DNA of 64,000 nucleotides from Planctomycetota bacterium (GTDB lineage Bacteria; Planctomycetota; GCA-002687715; CAIWVZ01): NCBI GenBank assembly GCA_044222185.1, contig JBGANV010000006.1, positions 1 to 64,000 of the forward strand, read 5' to 3'. Shown piece by piece: positions 56,191 to 64,000 of this stretch (position 1 is its first letter; each line of letters starts with the position of its first letter). The notes under the pieces were generated by a model. It saw only the letters and a program-made list of their open reading frames with translations, ran no database searches and was not told where the DNA came from. The position numbers and the translations under genes were made by a program.

Positions 56191-57183
56191 ATGTCGATCT
56201 TCAGCCCTACTCCCTCGTACGAACCACCGGGCCGCCTCTGGCGGAACGCGCACGTCCAGACGGTCGCAGCTGAGTGGATCGGGCGCCGCCAGGCGAGGAT
56301 CGAGCCGACCGCGGAAGACCTGTTGCACCATGCGGATGGGACGGCCAGCCGGATCATCCGGTACGAGCCGAACGGGATTCCCCGTGGCGCGGTGATGGTG
56401 GTCCACGGGCTTGCGGGATCGGCGGACAGCCCCACGACGATGCGATTTGCGATGGAGGGGCAGGCGCGCGCGTGGCGGATCGTTTCGGTCGACCTTCGCG
56501 GCGCTGGCGGGACGCGCTCCATGCCTCGCATCTACACAGCCGCCGACGTCGACGAACTCGACGCGGCCGCACGTCATCCGTTCATCGCTGATTGCCCGGG
56601 ACCGAGGGTGGCGCTCGGACTTTCGCTCGGCGGCGGCGTCGTCATGCGATGGCTCGGACTGCGGGGCGAGAGTGCTCCGGTGGACTGCGCCGTGGTCGCC
56701 GCGCCGGCAGCCCACCTGCCTTCGTGTGCTCAGGCGCTCGCTCGATCGCGTCACACGCTCTACGACTTCCACTTCGCGGTGAAGCTCGGCCGTCGGGTTC
56801 GCGCCGTGGCGGCCGGTTCAGGTCGCCGGCCTCACGCTTTCTGGCGCCATCGATCGGTTCGCCGGCTCGACGACGATTTCGCCGCGAGCATCAACGGCCA
56901 TCCGCACGCGGCCGCGTACTACGAGGCATCGTCCGCGCACCATCACGGGAAGTCGATTGCGCGGCCGACACTCGTCTTCGCCTCCGACGACGACCCGTTC
57001 GTCCCCATCGGACCGCTCGTCGCGCACTTCGGCAGTCTGCCGGCGGTGGAGATCCGTCGCTCGAAGCATGGCGGGCACCTGGCATTCATGGGGCGACGCG
57101 CCGGCCGCCTCGCCTCGCTGTTGCCTGGCCTCGTCTTCGACGCACTCGACGGCCTCGGTCGTGGCGCTACCCTTCGACCATGA
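56191..57183 (+). CDS. YheT-type alpha/beta-fold hydrolase
   Basis: …GAVMVVHGLAGSADS… and …LGLSLGGGVV… (nucleophile elbow), with overall layout as in the YheT/ABHD family. Confidence 0.8.
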   Translation: MSIFSPTPSYEPPGRLWRNAHVQTVAAEWIGRRQARIEPTAEDLLHHADGTASRIIRYEPNGIPRGAVMVVHGLAGSADSPTTMRFAMEGQARAWRIVSVDLRGAGGTRSMPRIYTAADVDELDAAARHPFIADCPGPRVALGLSLGGGVVMRWLGLRGESAPVDCAVVAAPAAHLPSCAQALARSRHTLYDFHFAVKLGRRVRAVAAGSGRRPHAFWRHRSVRRLDDDFAASINGHPHAAAYYEASSAHHHGKSIARPTLVFASDDDPFVPIGPLVAHFGSLPAVEIRRSKHGGHLAFMGRRAGRLASLLPGLVFDALDGLGRGATLRP

Positions 57184-57989
57184 AAGCCACGTCTGTCCGT
57201 TCCAAGTTCCTCGGGGTTGCGCCAGCAACCGTACTCATCGTCCTGGGCATCGCCGCGTGCGGCGGCTGCGGTTCGGGAGCGAGCGAAGTTCCGCCCCCGC
57301 GGACTCCGACGCCGATCGATCCCGCCACACTCGGCACCATCAAGGGACGGGTGTGGTTCGACGGACCGCGGCCCAAGGTCGGGATCATCGCAATGGGGAA
57401 CGACCCGGTCTGCGCCGGCACCGAGCACCCTGACGACCAGCTCGTCGTCAACGAGGGGCCGGGCGGGAAGCTCGTCCTCAAGAACGCCTTCGTCTGGATC
57501 AGTGACGGGCTCGGCGGGAAGGTCTATCCCTACCCCACATCTCCGAAAGTGTCGGATCAGACGGGCTGCATGTTCTCACCCCACGTCCTCGGCGTGCAGG
57601 TCGGCCAGACCGTCGTATTTCGCAACAACGACGCGACGGCTCACAACGTGAACACGCTGAAAACCACCACCGAGAAGAACCCGAAGTGGAACTTCACCCT
57701 CGCGTCCAAGGGCACGGAGAAGTCGCTGTGGTTCCCCGCCGAGGGCACCATGAAGATGGTCTGCAACGCCCACTCCTGGATGGGGACCTGGATCCACGTC
57801 GTGGACCATCCGCACTTCCAGGTGACGGGCGATGACGGCAGTTTCGAGCTGCGAGACGTCCCGGCCGGAACTTACACGCTTTCGTGCTGGAGCGAGTCGT
57901 GCAACCCGGGCCAGAAGGACGAAAAGAGCGTGAAAGTCGAAGCGAAGGGCACGACGCAGGTCGATTTCACGTTCCAGCCCAGGAAGTAG
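57180..57989 (+). CDS. lipoprotein with probable cupredoxin-like (type-1 copper) domain
   Basis: Lipobox LGIAACGG. …NNDATAHNVNT…MVCNAHSWMGTW… has the His…Cys-x2-His-x2-Met ligand arrangement. ATG overlaps the upstream TGA. Confidence 0.55.
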   Translation: MKATSVRSKFLGVAPATVLIVLGIAACGGCGSGASEVPPPRTPTPIDPATLGTIKGRVWFDGPRPKVGIIAMGNDPVCAGTEHPDDQLVVNEGPGGKLVLKNAFVWISDGLGGKVYPYPTSPKVSDQTGCMFSPHVLGVQVGQTVVFRNNDATAHNVNTLKTTTEKNPKWNFTLASKGTEKSLWFPAEGTMKMVCNAHSWMGTWIHVVDHPHFQVTGDDGSFELRDVPAGTYTLSCWSESCNPGQKDEKSVKVEAKGTTQVDFTFQPRK

Positions 57990-58066
57990 GTGCTGGCGCT
58001 CCGGGAAGTTCGAGCTTCCACGGCCGACCCGCTCGGCACTAAGATGCCGCCCGCCGTTTTGCAGAG

Positions 58067-60565
58067 GTGAGCGCCATGGGTCGGATAGTCGTTGCCGTGC
58101 TCCTCAGCGCCGTTGCGCTGGGGCAGACGATTCAATTGAGCGTTCCTGTCGGATCGCCGACGCAGGCTGCCGCACTGATGAGCCTCCTCACCGACGTGGA
58201 GATTCACGGTGATCACGCCGACGTCCTGATCCACGCGCCGTCGGAGATGCTGGCCCTGCAGGCCGCAGGGTTCTCGCCCACGATCGAGATCCAGGACGTG
58301 GAGGCGTTCTATCGCTCGCGTCTCGTCCAGCCGCCGGTGACCTCCGACGGCAGCGTTCCGCAGTTCGGCCAAGGCAGCCTCGGTGGCTACTTCACGGACG
58401 CCGAGATGTACGCGTTCATGCAAGCGTTGTCCGCCCAGTATCCGGCCATCGTCGCGCCGGCCGTCAGCATCGGATTCACCGCCGAGAGCCGCCCGATCTG
58501 GATGTGGAAGATCTCGGACAACCCGCTCGCGGACGAACCCGAACCCGAGGTTCTGTTCGACGGCCTGCTCCACGCTCGCGAGCCCATGTCGATGGAGGCC
58601 ATCTGCTACTTCGCGCAGAGGCTTTGCGAGGGGTACGGGGCGAACCCACGGACGACCGCACTCGTCGACGAGCGTGAGATCTACCTCGTCCCGATGGTCA
58701 ACGTGGACGGCTACGTCTACAACACGACGGCAACGCCATTCGGCGGTGGGATCTGGCGAAAGAACCGCCGCGTCCTGCCCGACACGAACGTCGGCGTGGA
58801 CCTCAACCGCAACTACGCCGACGCGTGGGGCATCGACGACGTCGGGTCCAGCGGTGCGACGTCCTCGTACCAGTATCGGGGGGCGACGCCATTCAGCGAG
58901 CCCGAGACGCTGGCGATGAAGGCCTTCTGCGAGTCCCGCGACTTCTCCACCGGACTCTCGCTGCACACGTTCGGGAACCTGGTGCTGATTCCCCCGAGTC
59001 ACACGGCGGGCGCCGTCCCGCCGGCACCCTGGCAGGCGCGATACGAGGGATTCGCGGCGACCATGTCCGCCATGGGGCCGGGTTTCATCGCCGGCTACTC
59101 GTGGCAGGTGCTCTACCTCGCCAACGGGACGTCGATCGACTGGGCCGCGTCGACGCTTTACGGCGGCAACCAGATGCTCGCGTTCACGTGCGAACTCGGT
59201 TCGACGTTCGACGGCTTCTGGCCAGCGACGTCGCGAATCATCCCCATCGCCAACGATGCGATGGAGCTGATGGAGTACGTCACGGCGATCGCCGGCCCGA
59301 GTCTGAGGACCCTCGGAGCCGACGTTCTCGAGCCCTCGGGAACCACTCCGTTCCTCTGGGAGCCGGGGGAGACGTTGGCCGTGGTCGCGCAGGTGCGGAA
59401 CGATGGGCGCGCATCCGCGGCTGCGACCCTCCGCGTGGAGACGAGCGATCCGTGGCTGACTGTGCCCGCTTCACCGCTCGCTCTGGGTGCGATCGCGGAG
59501 TTCGGCGGGGTCGCCAGCAACGCGCTCAGTCCGCTCACGGTCCAGGTCGACCCTGCGACGCCGCTTGGAACGCAGATTTCGTTCGACGTCGTCGCCGAGG
59601 CGCCGGGATCACCGCCGTCACGGGTCACCGTCACGGGGATCGTCGGAAGCCCGGCGGGCCTCGTTCTCGTGGATGACTGCGAGCAGGACCATGGCTGGCA
59701 GGTCGGGGCCCCAGGCGACACGGCAACGTCGGGGCTGTGGACGCGCGCGGATCCGAACGGAACGTTGATGCAGCAGCATCTCTTCAACCCGGAGGACGAT
59801 CACACGCCCGGGAGCGGCACCCAGTGCTGGTTCACGGGGCAGGGAGTCGTCGGCGGGCCCGTCGGCGCGCAGGACGTGGATGGCACCACGACCCTGACGT
59901 CGCCCGTCTTCAACCTGTCAGCCGTGTCGCACCCGACGATCTCGTATTGGCGCTGGTTCGCGACCACGGGAACCGACTCGTTGACCGTCGAGCTGTCGAA
60001 CGACGACGGCGCGAATTGGGTTCAGGTCGAGCAGGTGACGGGCAACCAGGCGGTCTGGACCCTTCATGCGTTCGTCGTCGAGGCGATCCTGCCGCGAACG
60101 AGCACCATGCGTCTGCGTTTCCGCGCGTCGGATCAACCGAACAACAGTCTGTGCGAAGCTGCGATCGACGACGTCCGCATCGATGCCTGGCCGCCGCTCG
60201 TCGAGCTGACCGTCCCTGCCGTGGCTCCGATCGGCGTTGGGACGTCGATGGCCATCGCCGCGCCGCTCGCACCGAGCCAGTGGTACGTGGTCGGCGTGTC
60301 GGAGACGGCCCACGCAGGGATCCTCGTCTCCGGCGTACTCGTTCCCATCGACCCGGGCCCGCTGCTCGAGTTCGTGTTCACCGTGCCGGAGGTCTTCACC
60401 GGATTCGTCGGGACGCTCGACGCGCAAGGGCAGGCGACGGCGACGTTGAACGTGCCGAACGTGCCCTTCCTGTCGGGCCTTCAGCTCTTCGCCGCGGCCG
60501 CGGTCGCCGATTCCTCGGTGACGGTGCTGGGCGCCTCCGGCGCGACGCGCATCACGATCCAGTAG
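58067..60565 (+). CDS. M14-family zinc carboxypeptidase with large C-terminal pro/beta-sandwich extension
   Basis: …FDGLLHAREPMSME… (HxxE zinc site), …NRNYADAWG…, …LHTFGNLVLIPP…, and a C-terminal region of about 400 aa rich in T/S/G. Confidence 0.85.
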   Translation: MSAMGRIVVAVLLSAVALGQTIQLSVPVGSPTQAAALMSLLTDVEIHGDHADVLIHAPSEMLALQAAGFSPTIEIQDVEAFYRSRLVQPPVTSDGSVPQFGQGSLGGYFTDAEMYAFMQALSAQYPAIVAPAVSIGFTAESRPIWMWKISDNPLADEPEPEVLFDGLLHAREPMSMEAICYFAQRLCEGYGANPRTTALVDEREIYLVPMVNVDGYVYNTTATPFGGGIWRKNRRVLPDTNVGVDLNRNYADAWGIDDVGSSGATSSYQYRGATPFSEPETLAMKAFCESRDFSTGLSLHTFGNLVLIPPSHTAGAVPPAPWQARYEGFAATMSAMGPGFIAGYSWQVLYLANGTSIDWAASTLYGGNQMLAFTCELGSTFDGFWPATSRIIPIANDAMELMEYVTAIAGPSLRTLGADVLEPSGTTPFLWEPGETLAVVAQVRNDGRASAAATLRVETSDPWLTVPASPLALGAIAEFGGVASNALSPLTVQVDPATPLGTQISFDVVAEAPGSPPSRVTVTGIVGSPAGLVLVDDCEQDHGWQVGAPGDTATSGLWTRADPNGTLMQQHLFNPEDDHTPGSGTQCWFTGQGVVGGPVGAQDVDGTTTLTSPVFNLSAVSHPTISYWRWFATTGTDSLTVELSNDDGANWVQVEQVTGNQAVWTLHAFVVEAILPRTSTMRLRFRASDQPNNSLCEAAIDDVRIDAWPPLVELTVPAVAPIGVGTSMAIAAPLAPSQWYVVGVSETAHAGILVSGVLVPIDPGPLLEFVFTVPEVFTGFVGTLDAQGQATATLNVPNVPFLSGLQLFAAAAVADSSVTVLGASGATRITIQ

Positions 60566-60887
60566 AGGGAGACGGCCCGACCGCGCGGGCCGACCACGCG
60601 GCGAGCGCCGGGCGATCCGCAGGCGACGCGGGCCCGAGCGGACTGCCGCCTGGGTTGGTCCTCCTCGCCCGCAGCCACCAATCAGGTGTCGTGAGCGCCG
60701 AGGCAGCGGCGTTGACTGCCCTCGGCGCCACTGGAAAACCGTGCGGGCGCGAGCGAGTGCCTCATTCGCCCCGGGCACGATGCAATTTGCCGCCCGGGAC
60801 GCGACCGTCGCTCGCGGCGGCCGCATGTCGCGCTTCAGTTCCAGGAGGTGCGGCGCACCCTGGGGCAGCACGCCGCCGGCTGGGATC

Positions 60888-61760
60888 TCAGAACCCGGTG
60901 ACCTTGGCAGCCTTGGTGTAGAGGATCTTGGCCGTGAGGAACCCGACCACGATCACCAGCACGAGCGCGCCCAGGTTGATGGCGGTGAGGGCATCGCTCG
61001 TTCCGCCGTAGATCGACCCGTAATGGTTGCTGACCATCAACATGATCAGCGGGACCGACATGTACGTGTTGTGGCGAGAGCGCGCGCCGGCGAGGGCGAC
61101 CATGGCGGCGTCCGGCGCCTGGCCGTTCTTGATGGCCGTGATGATCCGGCGCTGGTTCGGCCAGATCCGCATCCAGACGTTCATGGCCATGGTCGAGCCG
61201 AAGAGAGCGCCGGTGTGGATCCACAGGGATCGGCCGTCGAACTTGCCCACGAAGATCATGAGCGCGATGGCTCCAGCGAGGAGGGCGAGGTTCACGCCCA
61301 ACCCGGCCGGCGTCATGGGCCCGAGCTTCTTCGCGACCATGTCATAGACGCCAAGCAACACGACGAGGATGCCGAGCGTGGCTGCGCCCATGTGGCCCTC
61401 GGCGGCCGACCACTGCTTGTAGCCCATGTAGTAGACGAGGCCGAGCAGCAGGAAGCCCGTGACCCAGGTCCACGCCGCACCCCACCGGAACCAGTACAGA
61501 GCGCGCGGGCGAAGTTCGGGGATCACGGACTTCTTCATTTCGGCCGCGAGCTTCCCTTCGAAGCCGCCTTGGACGAAGTTGAAGAAGTAGAGGTGGCCGA
61601 TCCAGAGGACGCCGAACAGGACGTGCGCCCAGCGGAGGAACATCTCCACCCAGACCATCGACATCTTGTTGTCAGCTTGCGTCTGTGCGGCCGCCGGGAC
61701 GGCGAGCGCGGCGATTGCGAGACTCAGGAGCAAAGCCCGGTTCCGGGAGTTGGAGCTCAT
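60888..61760 (-). CDS. polytopic membrane protein, HemJ/PuuD-like (tentative)
   Basis: Signal/TM MSSNSRNRALLLSLAIAALAVPAAA. …WVEMFLRWAHVLFGVLWIGHLYFFNF… resembles the HxxxxxxWxGxxY motif of the HemJ/PuuD N-domain family. 6-7 hydrophobic helices. Confidence 0.55.
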   Translation of the reverse strand: MSSNSRNRALLLSLAIAALAVPAAAQTQADNKMSMVWVEMFLRWAHVLFGVLWIGHLYFFNFVQGGFEGKLAAEMKKSVIPELRPRALYWFRWGAAWTWVTGFLLLGLVYYMGYKQWSAAEGHMGAATLGILVVLLGVYDMVAKKLGPMTPAGLGVNLALLAGAIALMIFVGKFDGRSLWIHTGALFGSTMAMNVWMRIWPNQRRIITAIKNGQAPDAAMVALAGARSRHNTYMSVPLIMLMVSNHYGSIYGGTSDALTAINLGALVLVIVVGFLTAKILYTKAAKVTGF

Positions 61761-62005
61761 CGTTTTCCCTCGAGTGTCCACAGGGACGGAGGCGCAACCG
61801 GCGACGGGAAACACCCGGCGGAGACCTGTCCGTCCAAAAGCGCGGGATCATAGCAGCCACTCCACGGCTCATCCCCCAGCGGGTCACGGGGTTCGGACCC
61901 GCCGGCTTGGGCGCGCGGTTCGACCGGCGCGGATCGATCCTGATCCGGTTCGCGCGCGGACGCCGTCGCTCCCGTAGACTCCTGCCCCATGACGGGGGAG
62001 ACCTC

Positions 62006-62431
62006 ATGCTGAAGTCGGACCGGGTTTTCGCGCGTCTGTCCAAGATCTGCCTCGCCCTCCCGGAGACGAGTGTCCGCCTGACGTGGGGAGAGCCGCACTT
62101 CCGCGTGGGGGAGAAGATCTTCTCCGGCTACGGGCAGGAGGACGGCGTGTTCCGCGCCGGCTTCAAGCTCGAGATGGATCATGCGGCGGCGATCGTCTCG
62201 GACCCGCGCTTTCGACGGGCGCGATACGTCGGACACAAGGGATGGGTGTCCATGGACCTCTCGGGGGCCGTGGATTGGTCCCTCGTCGAGGCGCTCGTGC
62301 GCGAGAGTTACAGCCTGATCGCACCGAAGAAGCTCGTGGCTCGGCTGGATGAAGCCGCGCCCACGGCGAAACCACGACAGGCGAAGTCCGTCGCCACGCG
62401 CCGGCCATCGGTACGCGCAAAGAAGCGCTGA
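62006..62431 (+). CDS. MmcQ/YjbR-family (DUF419) protein
   Basis: MLKSDRVFARLSKICLALPETSVRLTWGEPHFRVGEKIFSGYG…HKGWVSMDL… is typical of the YjbR family. Confidence 0.7.
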   Translation: MLKSDRVFARLSKICLALPETSVRLTWGEPHFRVGEKIFSGYGQEDGVFRAGFKLEMDHAAAIVSDPRFRRARYVGHKGWVSMDLSGAVDWSLVEALVRESYSLIAPKKLVARLDEAAPTAKPRQAKSVATRRPSVRAKKR

Positions 62432-62609
62432 CGTCGAAGCACGGCCCGAAGTTGCGGCGCGGGGCCGCACCGGGGCCTGCGAACCGCGCGCGTGCGCGAT
62501 GCGCCGAATCGACTCCGCAGCGTGGACGGGTGTCCGGACCGGCACTATGCTGCGCCGGTTCCTGATTCGTGTCGTTGCCGCAGGTCTAACCACTCGAAGG
62601 ATACCCGTA

Positions 62610-64000
62610 TGCTGCGTTCAAGGATCCTGTTCGCGCTTCCCGTCTCGGCCGTGCTGAGCGTCCTCGTCTCGGCGCAAACCATCACGGCCTATTTCCCCGA
62701 TAACGTCCCCACCACCGGCGCCACGAACGCGTTCCCGTTCAACACGGGCGCATACACGACGCTCCAGGTGTATCCGGCCAGCGGGTTGACGGCGGCCGGT
62801 ATCGTCGCGGGTCAGCATCTCGCAGGGATCGCGATTGCGCCGACCTCGGGCGTCGCCGCCGGCACCTACACGGCCCCGACGGGAGTCATCACGATCGGCC
62901 ACCGCGCCCCGACGCCGCCCTTTGCCACCAATCAGTGGCTGAACAACATGGTCGGTGCTCAGACCGTGTGGGACACGGCCGTCGACGGGCCCCTTTCGTT
63001 CGCCCGAGTCTCCGGCGCCTGGGCGAACCTGCCCTTCTCGCCGAACGCCGTTTTCTACTGGGACGGCGTGAGTGATCTCGTGTTGCAGATCTCGATCGGC
63101 GCCGGTGCCACCGGCAACTTCGGGCTGCTGACCTCGCCGACCACTTCCTACATCCGCTACGGCGTGAACGCCGTCTTCGCGCCGGCGCCAGGGACTGCGC
63201 CGACGACGACGGGCGTCCTCGGCCCGCGCGCGAGCTTCACGTTCGACTTCCAGAACATCTCGCCGAATTGGCAGGTGAATCAGGCGTCGGCGAGCTTCGA
63301 CATCGACTCGCAGGTGGGGAGCGCCTACGGCGCCGTGACCGTGACGCGCTGCATCAACACGACGATGACCGTGAACCTCGGAACGTCGCTGACCTTGCCG
63401 CCCTGGGACCTCGCCATCGGCACCGCGCCGCTCGTCGCGGCCAACGCGGGCGGGATCACGCTGCCGGGCGGCCAGTTCGTGAACGTGAACCTCGCGGATC
63501 CGACCCTCACGTTCCTGAACGGCCTGACATTCACCACGCCGCTCGCGCCGTCGGCTCTACCGGTCGCGCTCCCGGCTCCCATCCAGTTCTCGCTGCAGAT
63601 GGTCGTCGTCGACGCGGGTGCCGCCGCCGGAGTCTCGCTGAGCCAGCCCGTGGCACTGAACGTCACCGCGACGTCGGCGCCGATTCCCGGTCCTGCCGGG
63701 GATGACGTGAGTCTCCTCGTGAACCTCACGGGACAACCGATTTGTGGGTCGCCGATCTCGTTCTTCGGGACGTCGTACTCGCAGATGTACGTCCAGACGA
63801 ACGGACGCGTGACGTTCGGCACCGACAGCACGGCGTACACCCCGTCCGCCGCGGCGGCGAACCCCGGCTTCGTCGGGGCGTGGGCCGACTTGAACACGAC
63901 GACGGCGGGATCGATCAGCATCAGCTTCCCGAGCGCCGGCGTCTACAGCGTCGACTACAACGGCGTGGGGTTCTTCGGCGGTCCGGGGACCGTCACGAAC
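62610..64000 (+). CDS. secreted hypothetical protein, partial (runs off the window end)
   Basis: ATG at 62610. Signal peptide MLRSRILFALPVSAVLSVLVSAQT. Thr/Gly/Ala/Pro-rich extracellular-type composition. No stop before 64000. Confidence 0.6.

Overview
This is a 64-kb, roughly 70% GC stretch of bacterial chromosome; the gene content loosely suggests a Gemmatimonadota-, Planctomycetota- or Acidobacteriota-like organism, but that is an impression only. Coding genes sit on both strands. In every case the long antisense ORFs in the six-frame track are Arg/Pro-rich high-GC artefacts, and the real genes were chosen by protein-like composition and recognisable motifs.

Gene content, start to end:
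- An SPFH/band-7 protein and a degenerate tRNA-like locus.
- Three secreted hypothetical proteins, separated and followed by families of palindromic intergenic repeats.
- A secretin-N domain protein.
- A HEAT-repeat gene bracketed by about 250-bp direct repeats.
- A roughly 980-aa FG-GAP repeat protein.
- A xanthine-dehydrogenase/CO-dehydrogenase-type molybdoenzyme operon (large, 2Fe-2S and FAD subunits). Its 3' end is duplicated 4.3 kb downstream, and the two copies bracket an inserted cargo: a vapBC-like toxin-antitoxin pair plus an ECF sigma factor fused in frame to a membrane-anchored extracytoplasmic repeat protein.
- A 1200-aa secreted hydrolase with an FG-GAP/beta-propeller region.
- A hydrolase/oxidoreductase cluster: alpha/beta hydrolase, isochorismatase, ABM-like protein, amidohydrolase and SDR.
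- An ECF sigma plus TPR Ser/Thr kinase pair.
- A lanthipeptide-like locus (36.3-40.5 kb), detailed below.
- A prenyltransferase/squalene-oxidase-repeat protein.
- An enolase-superfamily plus GH3 amido-synthetase plus membrane-fused spermidine-synthase-like trio.
- An ECF sigma / anti-sigma / secreted coiled-coil operon containing a perfect 12-bp x8 tandem repeat.
- Housekeeping genes: rpiA, an aminotransferase, a DUF971 protein, an NfuA-like protein and an RRM glycine-rich RNA-binding protein.
- A YheT-like hydrolase, a cupredoxin-like lipoprotein, an M14 carboxypeptidase, a HemJ/PuuD-like membrane protein, an MmcQ/YjbR protein and a partial secreted protein at the window end.

The most interesting signal is the lanthipeptide-like locus at 36.3-40.5 kb. 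It has three parts:
- a 157-aa ORF with 12 Cys and many Ser/Thr packed into about 65 residues;
- a standalone 393-aa protein of unknown family;
- an 808-aa protein kinase fused to a LanC-like cyclase that lacks the N-terminal lyase domain of class III/IV enzymes.
This is a split synthetase architecture resembling a hybrid of class IV and class V systems. Two strong hairpins separate the precursor-like ORF from the enzyme genes.
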